NCBI RefSeq assembly: GCF_009914755.1
Contig: NC_060930.1
Strand: one strand, 5' to 3'
DNA: 64,000 nucleotides
Source of the DNA: the human T2T-CHM13v2.0 reference genome, Homo sapiens
Under the pieces are notes generated by a model. It ran no database searches. It saw only the letters and a list, made by a program, of their open reading frames with translations, and was not told where the DNA came from. Shown here in pieces: positions 45,238 through 58,650 of this stretch (within the stretch, counting starts at the first letter, position 1; every line of letters starts with the position of its first letter). Position numbers and translations under genes: made by a program.

Positions 45238-45388
45238 CAGCATTTTCAGACATTAATGTTCCTGTGAATTTGAGATCCTGTTAAAATACAGATTAGATTT
45301 CAGTAAATCTTGTGTGAGGCCTGTTGTTTTGCATTTCTAACAAGTCTGTAGATGATGGTAGCCAAGGGCCACTCTCTGAGTATCAAGG
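45238..45388. mobile_element. MER5A (hAT-Charlie)
   Basis: tgttaaaatacagatt...tcagtaaatct...tgcatttctaacaagtc...ccactctctgagtatcaagg. Confidence 0.8.
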
Positions 45389-45715
45389 ATCTAAATAAGG
45401 TGATTCTCTCATCCTCCATCCCCACCACTATATCTACCCATAGATTACTTCCCAAGCACTGATGACAAGTACTCCTGGTTCAATTGGAATTCAAATATTT
45501 TTCTCTGTTCTCCAATCTCTATTAAATTTTAGGTGTGAGCTTTATCTAATCTCAAATTTTTTTAATTGAAAAATTACCTAGTAAAGTAATTCCACACAAT
45601 GAAAACAGTTTTGAATTCAACCTTTCCAAAAAAAGAAAAAAATAGTTTGCTGTAAAAGAGATTCTCTTTACATTTAGCCAAATAATACAAATAATAGTGA
45701 AATATTTGTGCCTGA

Positions 45716-47734
45716 AATGTGCGGCATTATTTCTGAGGCCTCTCTTCTGTTCCTTTGGCCTATATCTATTTTGGTACCAGTACCATGCTGTTTTGGTTAC
45801 TGTAGGCTTGTAGTATAGTTTGAAGTCAGGTAGCATGATGCCTCCCACTTTGTTCTTTTTGCTTAGGATTGTCTTCGCTATATGGGCTCTTTTTTGGTAT
45901 AAAATTTAAAGTAGTTTTTTTTCTAATTCTGTGAAGAAAGTCAGTGGTAGCTTGAAGGGAAAGCATTGAATCTATAAGTTACTTTGGGCAGTATGGCCAT
46001 GTTCACAATATTGATTCTTCATATCCATGAGCACGGAATATTTTTCCATGTGTTTGTGTCCTCTCTTATTTCCTTGAGCAGTGGTTTGTAGTTCTCCTTA
46101 AAGAGATCATTCACATCCCTTGTAAGTTTCATTCTTAGGTATTTTATTCTCTTTGTAGCAATTGAGAATGGGAGTTCACTCATGATTTGGCTCTCTGTTT
46201 GTCTATTATTAGTGTATAGGAATGCTTGTGACTTTTGCACACATTGATTTTGTATCCTGAGACTTTGCTGAAGTTGATTATCAGCTTAGAGAGATTTTGG
46301 GCTGAGATGGTAGGATTTTCAAAATATACAATCATGCCATCTGCAAATAGAGACAATTTGACTTCCTCTCTTCCTATTTGAATACCCTTTATTTCTTTCT
46401 CTTGCCTGATTGCCCTAGCCAGAACTTCCAATACTGTGTTGAATAGGAGTGGTGAGAGAGGACAACCATCTGATCTTTGACAAACCTGACAAAAACAAGA
46501 AATGGGGAAATAATTCCCTGTTTAATAAATGATGTTTGGAAAACTGGCTAGCCATATGCAGAAAACTGAAACTGGACCCCTTCCTTACACCTTTTACAAA
46601 AATTAACTCAAGATGGATTAGAGACTTAAACATAAGACCTAAAACCATAAAAACCCTAGAAGAAAACCTCGGCAATAGCATTCAAGATTAGGCATGGGCA
46701 AAGACTTCATGACTAAAACACCAAAAGCAATGGCAACAAAAGCCAAAATTCACAAATGGGATCTAATTAAATAAAAAGTTTCTGCACTGCAAAAGAAACT
46801 ATTATCAGAGTGAACAGGCAACCTAAAGAATGGGAAAAAATTTTTGCAATCTATCCATCTGACAAAGGGCTGATATCCAGAATCTACAAAATACTTAAAC
46901 AAATTTGCAAGAATAAAGGATATGAAAAGACACTTCTCAAAAGAAGACATTTATACAAACATATGAAAAAAAACTCATCATCACTGATCATTAGAGAAAT
47001 GCAAATCAAAACCACAATGAGATAACATCTCATGTCAATTAGAATGGCAATCATTAAAAAGTCAGGAAACAACAGATGCTGGGGAGGATGTGGGGAAATA
47101 GGAACACTTTTACACTGTTGGTGGGAGTGTAAATTAGTTCAACCATTGTGGAAGACAGTTTGGCAGTTCCTCAAGGATCTAGAAACAGAAATACCATTTG
47201 ACTCAGCAATCCCATTACTGGTTATTTATCCAAAGGATATAAATCATTCTACTATAAAGACACATGCACATGTATGTTTATTGCAGCACTGTTCACAATA
47301 GCAAAGACTTGGAACCAACCCAAATGCCTATCAATGATAGACTGGATAAAGAAAATGTGGCACATCTATAGGATGGAATACTATGCAGCCATAAAAAAGA
47401 TGAGTTCATGTCCTTTGCAGGGACATGGATGAAGCTGGAAACCATCATTCTCAGCAAACTAACACAGGAACAGAAAACCAAACACTGCGTGTTCTCACTC
47501 ATAAGTGGGAATTGAACAATGAGAACACATGGACACAGGGAGAGGAACATCACACACCAGGGTCTGTTGGGGGGTAGGGGGATAGGGGAAGGATAGCATT
47601 AGAAGAAATGCCTAATGTAGATGACAGGTTAATGGGTGTAGCAAACCATGGCACGTGTATACCTATGTAACAAACCTGCATGTTCTGCACATGTATCCCA
47701 GAATTTAAAGTATTTTAAAAAAGGAAAAAAAAAA
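45716..47734 (+). mobile_element. L1PA7/8-like insertion, 5'-truncated and 5'-inverted (twin priming)
   Basis: Perfect 17-bp TSD gaaatatttgtgcctga at 45699-45715 and 47735-47751; antisense ORF2 45716-46461, sense 46462-47734; 3' UTR gtagatgacagg...gttctgcacatgtatcccag. Confidence 0.96.
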
Positions 47735-49511
47735 GAAATATTTGTGCCTGAGGTAGTCTATCAGAAAACAGTTTTTGTTGCTTTTTTTATTGTTGTTTGG
47801 CAGGGGAATATTTTTGATAAATATCTAATAACAGATATTAGGTATTATAGTATTGACTTCTTTTATTATATATAGGACTAGTCTGGGACCCACTTATTAA
47901 AATGAGAGGCAGGGGAGATGATGCAATCTATGTTCAAAATTTATAATTTTTTAACCTCTTCCTCAGCTCATAGGGTCTTAAAGAGATATAAAGGAATTTT
48001 CTATGTGTTGTATCTACCAACGTGTTTCATGGTAGGATTGGGAGGTTTAAACTGATTAGATTCTTTAATTTTTGGCTAAACTTGAACTGGTCTCATTTTA
48101 ACTATGAAAAAATTATAGAAATCTATTCGAAGAGAGATTATATTGAATCCTATTTCCAAAACAATATCTATCTCTTTTACTTGGTAGACACTTGCATAAT
48201 AGTAAATACCTATAATCTTTTCAAAGACTGTGAACTATCTTGATTAGATTGTTTCTGTAATAAAAATTGCCTGCCACTCAAGAAAAAGGAATAACATGCA
48301 CTTTGTAAGCAAGTTTATAAAGGGTTAAAGCTATAAGAATATATAACTGTGTAAGTCCTGAGAACATGAACCAGGCATCCAATTTCATTTTATGAAGATC
48401 CTAGCAAAACAAAATAAGTTCTGTCTTTTTATACAGTTATATATGACTTAATTGCTTATATTAACACTTGCTTCTCAGTTGTATGCTCTTTAGAAGTGAC
48501 ACCCGTTTCAGCTTGTGCCTTGACTAATTGCAAAATGATTATCAAGCATCTAAATCCAAATGTATACCCAACATGGCTGATTAAAGAAATAATTCTCCTA
48601 GTCACTGGCTCAGGAAAAAATCGATCATTGGTTGTATGAAATTCAAAGAACAAAAAAGTAAATATGTCACTTACCATATATATGCTTTTATTATGGAGGG
48701 AGTTGAGTAGGTTGGTTATGACGATGAGGAATGATTAGGGTTGGGAGACTTATATGGACAATTCTTCAAATACTTGTTTCCTAAAAATATTAATAATTTT
48801 CTACATATCCAAACTTAATTAAAAATATATCCCCAAATGTTAATTCACTATGTGTTTTTATAGCAATGTCTAGGCATTTATGTGTATTTCATGAAGACTA
48901 TTGGGTCACTAAGAATCACAGCAAATACCTTTTACAATCAGTAACCACAATATTCACACCAAAAATTGATACCTATGGCCAGTGTTCTAAAAAGACTGTA
49001 ATAGCATCAGAAAGCAGAAGAAATGGCACTTGAGGGCAATCAGTTCTATTCACAAACTGTGATGAGCACCAGAAGCACATGAGAATATCATAAACAAAAG
49101 ATATATCTGAGTTCACCAGGCTTCCTAATTCTCTTCTTTTGCATGGGGCAAGGGAGATAAATTCAAGATAGAGGCAAAGGTCAGGGGACCATGAGTGCTG
49201 AGGAATCCAAATTAATCAAAGGAAGTCTGAAACAAGGAGTTTCAGCATTGTTATGGTTTATTCTCCTTCAAAGACCATGTCAGAAACAGTTTAATACCAG
49301 ATGTAATACCATAATTCAGCTTTTCAGCAGGACAAATTAACCCTATCTCTGGATTATTTGTCACAAAAATATCACTATGCCCGTTAGGCCACCTCCTACT
49401 CTGCACTTGAGTCATTAGTTTTGTCTCACCCTATATCTGCTTCTGGAAATTTTCTTCTTTTCACTAAGGGGCTAATGTGAGCAGGGTTGGCCATGCTTAA
49501 CACACTCTTAC

Positions 49512-49979
49512 TGTAATGGTTAACTTTATAGGTCAACTTGGCTGGACCTTAGATATTTGGTTAAACATTATTCTAGTTATTTCCATGAAAGTATTTTTTG
49601 GAATGAGATTAACATTTAAATTGGTAGTCATTGAATAAAGCAGATTACCCTCCATAATATGTATAAGCCTCATGCAATCAGTTGAAGACTTCAATAGAAT
49701 AACGACAGACCTCTCCTGAGCAAGAAGGAATTTGACCAACACACTGCCTTTGGACTGGCACTGCAGCTCTTCCCTGGATCCTCAGACTTCTGGGAAGTTT
49801 TCTATTCATCGAGTCTTCTCAGTTGCATGAACCAGTGCCTTAAAATAAATATGTGTATTGTTTGTACTATGTCTATTTGTATAATCTACATCTATATTAT
49901 CTATATGTACAACTGTATAGATAGATATATAGGTATATTTTTTGTTGGTCTGTTTCTCTGGAGAACACTGAATAATACA
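49512..49979 (+). mobile_element. ERVL solo LTR (MLT2D-like)
   Basis: tgtaatggttaactttataggtcaacttggctgg...taaagcagattaccctccataat...tgtttctctggagaacactgaataataca. Confidence 0.88.
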
Positions 49980-50077
49980 CTCCCAGTAGATTCTTCTTTT
50001 ACAAGTCTGTATTTATTAGAAAGAAAAAAGTTGTAAACCTCTATTTAGCTATAGGTGGGATTATTCTTTACTATCAG

Positions 50078-50603
50078 TGTATTAGTCACGGTTCTCTAAA
50101 GAGATGGAACTAATAGGATAGATAGATATATGAAAGGGAGTTTATTAGGAGAACCGACTCATGTGAACACAAGATGATGTCCCACAAAAGGCCATCTGCA
50201 AGCTGAGGAGCCAGGAAGCCAGTCCAAGCCCCAAAACCTAAAAAGTGGAGAAGCCGATAGTGCAGCCTTCAGTCTGTGGCCAAAGGCTTGAGACCCCCAG
50301 CAAATCATGTTTTAAGTCCATGAGTCCAAAAGCTGAAGAACTTGCAGTCTGATGTTCGAGGGTGGGAATCAACCAGCACAGGAGAAAGATGGAGCCCAGA
50401 AGACTCAGTCCACTCTTTCCATGCCTGCTTTTATGTTGGCAGCTGATTAGATGGTGCCCACCCAGCTTGAGGGTTGATCTGCCTCTCCCAGCCCACTGAC
50501 TCAAATGTTAATCTCCTTTGGCAACACTCTTGCAGACACACCCAGGAACAATACTTTGCATCCTTTAATCCAATCAAGTTGACACTCAATATTAACCATC
50601 ACA
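50078..50603 (-). mobile_element. ERVL solo LTR (MLT2A2-like)
   Basis: tgtattagtcacggttctct...caatcaagttgacactcaatattaaccatcaca; TSD atcag/gtcag. Confidence 0.92.
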
Positions 50604-51394
50604 GTCAGTAAAATTCAGAGCTGCTCTATTATGTAGCAGCAAATGAGTCCTTGCTGTGGGAGATCCCCTCATTCTTTTTTCTCAGTTCATAATTTTATCT
50701 TTATCATAATTGCATAATGGTCAAGCCTGCTCATAATTTTATCCAGTTCAACTGTGTTGACTCCCATAATGACCCTAGCCACTTGCCCTCATGTGGCCTG
50801 TATTTACGCATCAAGAGAATGTGGAAAGCCCTGTCTCTATGCGTTTGATTTATGTCTTGATTGAGACTGAGGATTCTACAAACATCTGTGTGAATGCAGA
50901 TAGATTGTTTCCCAGAATTTTTTGGTGCCTAGCTGAGAAATTCAATTTCTTCTTCAGAGAAGAAAGAAATAATGATAAAGTCATAGGTATTTAACTAGAA
51001 AAAAGCCCACCTTCTCCCATCCGTCAACCTTTAATTTGTGAGTCCCTAGTGGAAAGACATGATCTAAATGGCAAACATCTTTCTTCAAAATGACTGTGCT
51101 TTCTCTGGAGGCATCATTCCAAGGCTCTGGATATGCTGATTGAATTAGAACTTTCTCTGTAATATAATGAACTTAATGACAAATTATTATGCTAATTGTT
51201 TGATTTTAATTAAGTCTAAGTAATGGCTTATGTCTATTTTTTTCTGAAATCATATTGAATATTTTAATTTAGGCATAAAATGACTTTCAAGGAATGAAAA
51301 GGATTCATATTGTAGTCATAATTAAAGTCTCAAGGTCTTATTCATAAAATTTATTAACAAATTTTTTATTACCTTATAATTCACCTACTCTAAT

Positions 51395-52496
51395 TTTTTT
51401 TTAGAGGATTTTTTTTTCTTTTTTTATTATTATACTTTAAGTTTTAGGGTACATGTGCACAATGTGCAGGTTAGTTACGTATGCATACATGTGACATGCT
51501 GGTGCGCTGCACCCACTAACTCGTCATCTAGCATTAGGTATATCTCCCAATGCTATCCCTCCCCCCTCCCCCCACCCCCTAACAGTCCCCAGAGTGTGAT
51601 GTTCCCCTTCCTGTGTCCATGTGTTCTCATTGTTCAATTCCCACCTATGAGTGAGAATATGCGGTATTTGGTTTTTTTGTTCTTGCGATAGTTTACTGAG
51701 AATGATGATTTCCAATTTCATCCATGTCCCTACAAAGGACATGAACTCATCATTTTTTATGGTTGCATAGTATTCCATGGTGTATATGTGCCACATTTTC
51801 TTAATCCAGTCTATCATTGTTGGACATTTGGGTTGGTTCCAAGTCTTTGCTATTGTGAATAGTGCCGCAATAAACATACGTGTGCATGTGTGTTTATAGC
51901 AGCATGATTTATAGTCCTTTGGGTATATACCCAGTAATGGGATGGCTGGGTCAAATGGTATTTCTAGTTCTAGATCCCTGAGGAATCACCACACTGACTT
52001 CCACAATGGTTGAACTAGTTTACAGTCCCACCAACAGTGTAAAAGTGTTCCTATTTCTCCACATCCTCTCCAGCACCTGTTGTTTCCTGACTTTTTAATG
52101 ATTGCCATTCTAACTGGTGTGAGATGATATCTCATTGTGGTTTTGATTTGCATTTCTCTGATAGCCAGTGATGGTGAGCATTTTTTCATGTGTTGTTTGG
52201 CTGCATAAATGCCTTCTTTTGAGAAGTGTCTGTTCATGTCCTTCGCCCACTTGTTGATGGGGTTGTTTGTTTTTTTCTTGTAAATTTGTTTGAGTTCATT
52301 GTAGATTCTGGATATTAGCCCTTTGTCAGATGAGTAGGTTGCATAAATTTTCTCCCATTTTGTGTGTTGCCTGTTCACTCTGATGGTAGTTTCTTCTGCT
52401 GTGCAGAAGCTCTTTAGTTTAATTAGATCCCATTTGTCAGTTTTGGCTTTTGTTGCCATTGCTTTTGGTGTTTTAGACATGAAGTCCTTGCCCGTG
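51395..52496 (-). mobile_element. 5'-truncated L1PA2/3-like element
   Basis: Poly-T, ttattattatactttaagttttaggg, 3' UTR (rc) gctagatgacgagttagtgg; TSD cctactctaat at 51384-51394 and 52497-52507. Confidence 0.96.
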
Positions 52497-53889
52497 CCTA
52501 CTCTAATATTTAAAAATTAGAAAGTAAACCAAATTAATTACAGCAAAAATACTGAATATTATATATCTATAGAGTGATATAGATATCTAAATTATAATAA
52601 CAATCCTAAAAACTTCTAATCTCTATTACTATCTAAATTGTAACCTAAGTAAGTACTTGTAATAAATTCCTGACTCCAGCAGTATATCTCAAAAAGAAGA
52701 TAATAACTAGGGACATATCTATATAAAAACATTGTTGACCAACAAGTAATATTTTTTGTCTATTTGTCTTTTATTACTCATATTGAATATTTTGATTCAA
52801 GATCAGAATTCAGGAGTCCTTCACTTTTTATTACATATTTTAGCTCAATAATAATATTCTGTAATTAAGTGCCACACCCATGACTTTCTGGCCTAGGAGG
52901 CAGGTTTTCCTAAAATAATAGGAAATTGGGAGATAATTTTATATAGTTTTTCTTTCTACATTTGAAAATGCACATATAAAGTATAATAAAACACAAATAT
53001 TTTTACTGTTGCTATTGTTTTACATGATATATTTAAAAATTAAGTAATAAAAGAGAAAATACTTTCATACAAGTAGATACTTTGCTAAATAATATTTAAG
53101 AATCAATTCCTATTTATTTAAAATATTATCTTCAGGATTTGGTAGATATTAATTTTTTCCATTAATCCTGTATCTCTTTGTGGCTGCAACTCTTTTAGCA
53201 GGTGTACAGATATTTCTACATCTAGTTTGAGATCCCTGTTGGTAAAAACTCATAGTTGTTAATAAGCTTGGTGCCTCTAAGCTTACTACCCCTGCCCACC
53301 CCCAAATTTCCTGTGCCTATCCTGATCCAGACAATGAAAACGACCCACCTCAAATAATAAAAATACATGGTTGAGTATCCACTGTTTGAAGGCTCAGACA
53401 TTTAATTATCCTCGTTTACTCACTCTACTCCTTTGACTACTTTTTCTCTGTTATAGCTACCTGCTCTTCACTTACTTTCACCTGGCCCTTCCATTCTGAC
53501 CTCACAGTATGATGTTTCTTAACTTTTGACTCTGAAATCGATTTTAAGGTAGTAATATCATTGATCTGCATTGGCTTGGAGAGGCCCATTATTTAGCTTA
53601 GCCCTGATCTCCTTGTGGAAAAGGTAGAAGGTTCTCTCAAGCCTCACAGTATGGCTATAGATTGAGATCTTGAGCCAAACCAAACCAGAGTGTTGCCAGC
53701 CTTCTATTTCCACTATTGTGCCTGCTGGGAAACTCTCCCTGTGGTACCCCTCTTACCAGAAGAGCCCTACTTATTTGGAAATGAACGACAAACAAACAGA
53801 GCTTGAGTTTCCCCCAGCCTTATCCTTAAAGACTTAAACACATTAATTTAAGCTGCTGGAATTTATTTATTTTTTTCTTTTTCACACAG

Positions 53890-53936
53890 CAGACGCAGAC
53901 GACGCAACTTCAACATCCTGTGTGAAAAAGAAAAAG
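53890..53936 (+). other. Candidate 47/44-nt internal exon (NAGNAG acceptor)
   Basis: Long polypyrimidine tract then cacag|cag|; donor aag|gtaaga; three CpGs within 12 nt in otherwise CpG-poor DNA. Confidence 0.5.
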
Positions 53937-55019
53937 GTAAGAGGGGTACCCATTCTTGGCTTCAATCTCTTCCCACCACCTAGACCTGATCTGCCTTCCA
54001 GCCTCAGTCCCCACATGTCAGATGAGTAATTCTGCTTTTGCTTAATCACTTCTGGTAACAAAAAATTCACTTCTTCATGTTCGGTTCTTGAACAGTTCCA
54101 CAGCCAAGCTCGCTATCATGACCATAGCTTTTCTCCTGTGATTTTCCTGGGTTGGTTTTTATTTCACCAGCCTAAAGAGCATAAATGTAAGCAGAATAAA
54201 TGTAGAAGATTCTGGGATCCAGAAGATTATGTGGAATTTTCTTACCCAAAATGCTCTACTTCATTATTAACTTTTGCAAAATATAACATCAATAGAAGAG
54301 CATAACTTCTCAGATGTGACAATATAAGTGCTTATGATTAAGACTTTAATTTTTTACATTGTCTTACTTAAAAAAACAAAAATGTATACTTAGCAGGTGG
54401 CTTGCTGATCATTTTCTGGCCAAGAAAATCTTTCCAAAAACATGCATTATAGCATCATAGTTAATACGGAGTTTTGAGCCCAGCTATTTGGAAATGAAAC
54501 CTTTATTTGGAACAGCATACTTTACTCTTATTGCTTTTAGTTAATATAATTATATATTTTATATATTAAAGTGATCTAAGATTATATTTGACTTTTTAAT
54601 GAGGTCTCATACTTTAAGAATGGTGTGTTTAAAGTTAAATAAAACACCTCAGTTAATTTACTCAAGGTATTCTTATATTTGGCAAGATTTATTTATTTTA
54701 CTGCTTTTCAGTTATTTTATTTAAATAGTTACAGGACGATAATTTTATGATTGTGCAAATGTATTGGGTTTTAATCCAATATATTAGTTAGCATATTTGT
54801 TTTTATTTTTTACATGTAAAATTTATAAGCATGCTTTTTCTGCTATTATATGTCATTAATAACACAACTTAATAGTTCAAGTTCAAAGTCAGAACCCTGA
54901 GATAAGAGCTATTAAGTTAGGTCAAGGTGATCTATTTATCTGCTTCCTGTAAATCACATAAATTAACTCATTTCTGCCACATCTATTTGTTTTTCCCACA
55001 AGGGTACCACAAGGGGTGC

Positions 55020-55520
55020 TACTAAATCTGTTCACCATCTTACCACTTCTCAGCTTCATAGCTGTATCTTCTCCCTACAACTCAATTATGTCATTACTGG
55101 TCTTGTTTACTGGTCTCACTGCTTCCCCACCCTCACCCCTGAATTCTCTTCTCATTACAGAAGACGTTGTTTAAAACCTAAGTCCAATCACATCACTCCT
55201 CTGCCCACAGCCCTCTAGTGACTCCCTGTTTCTCTCGGAGGAAGAGCCAGGATGCTTACTATTTTTTACAATGTCCTACCTGATCTGACTCACAATTACT
55301 CTCTGACCTCATCTTTTATTTTCCCCTGTACTTATTCTGCTCAAGGCTTATCTGCCAACCCCCTATCCTCTCACTGTTCCTAAACTTGTACCTTCACCAA
55401 CAAAGCATGCAATGGCTCTCCCCTCTGCCTGGAACACTTTGCAGTATCTCTAGGTCTCACTCCAATACTTTATCCTTGTTTGTGCTCAAACGGCTTCTTT
55501 GTAGAAAATCTGACTTTGGT
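55020..55520 (+). mobile_element. L2 relic
   Basis: tttaaaacctaagtccaatcacatcactcctctgcccacagccctctagtgactccc; ccctctgcctggaacact. Confidence 0.75.
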
Positions 55521-56605
55521 AAGTGAATGCTAGACTGCTGTAACATGATTTTTAAAATAAGATTATGCTTTCTTGTTATATCTTTTCTCCTGATGAGAAA
55601 AGATGTACATAATAAATAATTGGACATATTATATCTAGAGTATTAGGGTAGTTTGGTGGCAGACAAGCATATCATAAACATTCTGCCTTGTTTCCATATG
55701 TTTGAAAATCTTCCTCTGATTCATATCAAGGACACTTTCTTGATATACTGGCTTCTCCTCCTTTTTTTAGGAGAAAGAAAGCAAAAAGTTTAAGTTTAGG
55801 GTAAGATTATAAGATGGAGTTTCTCATTAGAATTAATTGTCAAAGTCATTTCTGTTAGCTTGGATAGATATATTTTTATGCAGATTAAAATGGTCAGAAT
55901 TAACTCAATAATTAGCCAATGTATTGTGAGAACATCAGGCGCAGAAAGGCCTGCTATGTTATTACATCTTTAGAAAACACATTTTGTAAATTATAATGGT
56001 AGTCATATTGATCCAGAAACTAGAAGCAGAGATTGACTTGAAATTAATTTCTACCAACCAAAATGCAATTATAAACAATGTGACTAGATTAGTCCTGAGC
56101 ATTGCTTCTTTTCTACTATTTTGGCTAAAACACATCTATGCTGTGAAAGCCAACTGGAGAGTTTTGCTCCTGTGGACTGAAATATTAGGGCTTTCTGTGT
56201 ATGCTTTTGTGATTATTTGAATGAAATATGATAGTGCCATTTTTAGCTTACCATTATCTCTGATGAATGTCATCCTAACACAATTGCTTGTAGAGCATAT
56301 ATCAGAAATAAGTCACAGTTGTCTAAAACAGCTACTTCACTAGGCAAATCTGTCTCTTAGTTATATTCCAAATGTGAGTCTCAAAATGCTTTAAAAATAG
56401 AACTAAAATAATGTAAAGAACTTTGATTAGAAAACAGTACAAGTATCTACCAGTATCTAAATTACTCCATGTAATTTAGCACAAACTGTAACAAAAATAG
56501 TCATCCACATTTACTTCAGCATAATAAAAGGATCAGAAACACATTTTTTCTGTTTTGCTTTGTTATTTTTGCTTTGCTTTTTCTTCCAAGGGTTTTTATG
56601 TATCC

Positions 56606-56914
56606 TAGGGACATGGATGAAGCTGGAAACCATCATTCTCAGCAAACTATGGCAAGGACAAAAAACCAAACACCGCATGTTCTCACTCATAGGTGGGAAT
56701 TGAACAATGAGAACACATGGACACAGGAAGGGGTACATCACACACCAGGGCCTGTTGTGGGGTGGGGGGAGCGGGGAGGGATAGCATTAGGAGAGATACC
56801 TAATGTAAATGACGAGTTAATTGGTGCAGCACACCAACATGGCACATGTATACATATGTAATAAACCTGCACGTTGTGCACATGTACCCTAGACCTTAAA
56901 GTATAATAAAAAAA
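56606..56914 (+). mobile_element. L1PA4/5-like 3' end
   Basis: tagggacatggatgaagctggaaacc...taatgtaaatgacgag...gtaccctagaccttaaagtataataaaaaaa. Confidence 0.95.
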
Positions 56915-57459
56915 TATATATCTATATATATGTAAACTCGTTTTCTAAAACTATTCATTTGCAATTCAGGAGAACCTTGATATGTATAGTCGTACTCCTT
57001 AATCAGGAGACAGATACGTTTTAAAACTGTCCAAAATCAAACTATTTATTTCATTCATTCCAGTTAGTGATATTCTTGTGCTAAAAATAGGCTTGCTTAA
57101 AAATTTAAACTGTAATTTGAGTTTGGAGAGCATTTGCTTTTTAATAAGTTTCCAAGTTTTCTCCTATTCTTCTCTTTCCTGTTCTGAAATTCGTGGGAAC
57201 ATAAGGTTTTTGTATCTCCATAGCACCTTTAGCTAGCATTTACTGTGTGATACAGGCTCTATAGCTATTGAGTAGTTGACCGTAGTCATAGGTAAATGTA
57301 TATTTTCCAAACTATTTAATATGCAGCAGTTCTGGCAATCTTAAAATGCAAAAAGAAAAATGACATTCTCTTAAGGCCTTTCTGTAGCATCCTATTGTAC
57401 ATAAACTAAAATAAAAATTTGTCCTTTCAAAAGCTTAAGAGAGCTACTTGAACTATGAG

Positions 57460-57925
57460 ATCCTGTTTCCTTCTTCCACCTCATTTGGTTCATCACTAAG
57501 CTCTAAAACCAGTAGTGGCCTTTCAAATATTTGCCCAGCCAAATTCTTTCCCAGCACAGAGATTTTATAAATGCCATTCTCTCTACCTAGGATACCCTTT
57601 TCTCATAAAAAAAAAAAAGTCTAAAGTCTTTTAGTTTCAGCCTAATATCTTTTCTGTAAGAGTGCTAATTCTATCCCACATGTCTGTCATGTTTAATTTT
57701 TCTTTTATTTTTTTAAGATGGTACTCCTCATTATTCTCTATTTCAGCATCTGTTTATTTCCTACATGGCACAAATAGCTTTTTGCAATATTTTATTAACT
57801 GGTTTTTGGTCTTTCTGCTGAAGTAAAATGTAAATTCCATGTCTGTATAGCCTATGTCTGGATGATCAGCATTGCATCCCCAGGTCTGGCACAAATATGA
57901 CGCTAAATAAATATTTGTTGAAGAA
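57460..57925 (+). mobile_element. L2 3' end relic
   Basis: aatgtaaattccatg...ttgcatccccaggtctggcaca...ctaaataaatatttgttgaa. Confidence 0.7.
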
Positions 57926-58142
57926 AACAGCTGAAATTTATCTTTATGTGTTTAATGTTTTAAATTTCTTTTTTAAATGAACAGTTTTGGAAATAATAAT
58001 GCAATACACATTCTCCAGATTTAAAACCTATCAATTTTTGCTCATATTTGCTTCCACTTGTACTCTTTTATTCTTCTTGTCATTTTCCTTTGATAAAATA
58101 GTTTAAAGCAAATTTTAGACACCCTGTCATTTTCACATGTAT

Positions 58143-58251
58143 AAACATACCCGTAATTACTAAACATACTAAATATACCCATAATTGCTCAAATATACTA
58201 AAACATACCCGTAATTACTCACATACTAAAACATACCCATAATTACTCAAA
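58143..58251 (+). repeat. Minisatellite, ~28-30-bp unit x ~3.8
   Basis: Units aaacatacccgtaattactaaacatact / aaatatacccataattgctcaaatatacta / aaacatacccgtaattactcacatacta / aaacatacccataattactcaaa. Confidence 0.92.
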
Positions 58252-58588
58252 TTCTCCTCCTGGGGAATGAGCACTGTACTCAAATTCTTGGGAGACAGTT
58301 TTGCCAAATAAGATTTTTTATTTGTGGAATTTGATTTGTAGTTCAATTACACCTGAATTGTGGTTGTTTGTATTTTTTGGGTGTCAGAAATTACTCTGAA
58401 ATATGTACTCTTTTTTACATAATCACAATGACATTATCACAACTAATACAAATGGAAACAGTCTTTTGGTAGTATATAATACCTGGTCCAAAGCCATATT
58501 TCCTTGCTTGTCTTTTCAATACTGTTTTACAGCGTCTTTGTTTAAATACGTATTAAAACAAAGCCTAGGCTTTACATTTATTTCGCAT

Positions 58589-58605
58589 ATCTATCTTATT
58601 CTATC

Positions 58606-58640
<35 letters not shown>

Positions 58641-58650
58641 ATCATCTATC
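58589..58650. repeat. (TCTA)n tetranucleotide STR
   Basis: Eight perfect TCTA units at 58607-58638 with degenerate flanks. Confidence 0.95.

Noticed and set aside
58143-58251. ~29-bp repeats as a CRISPR array
   Set aside because: Units are contiguous without unique spacers, there are no cas genes, and the context is eukaryotic
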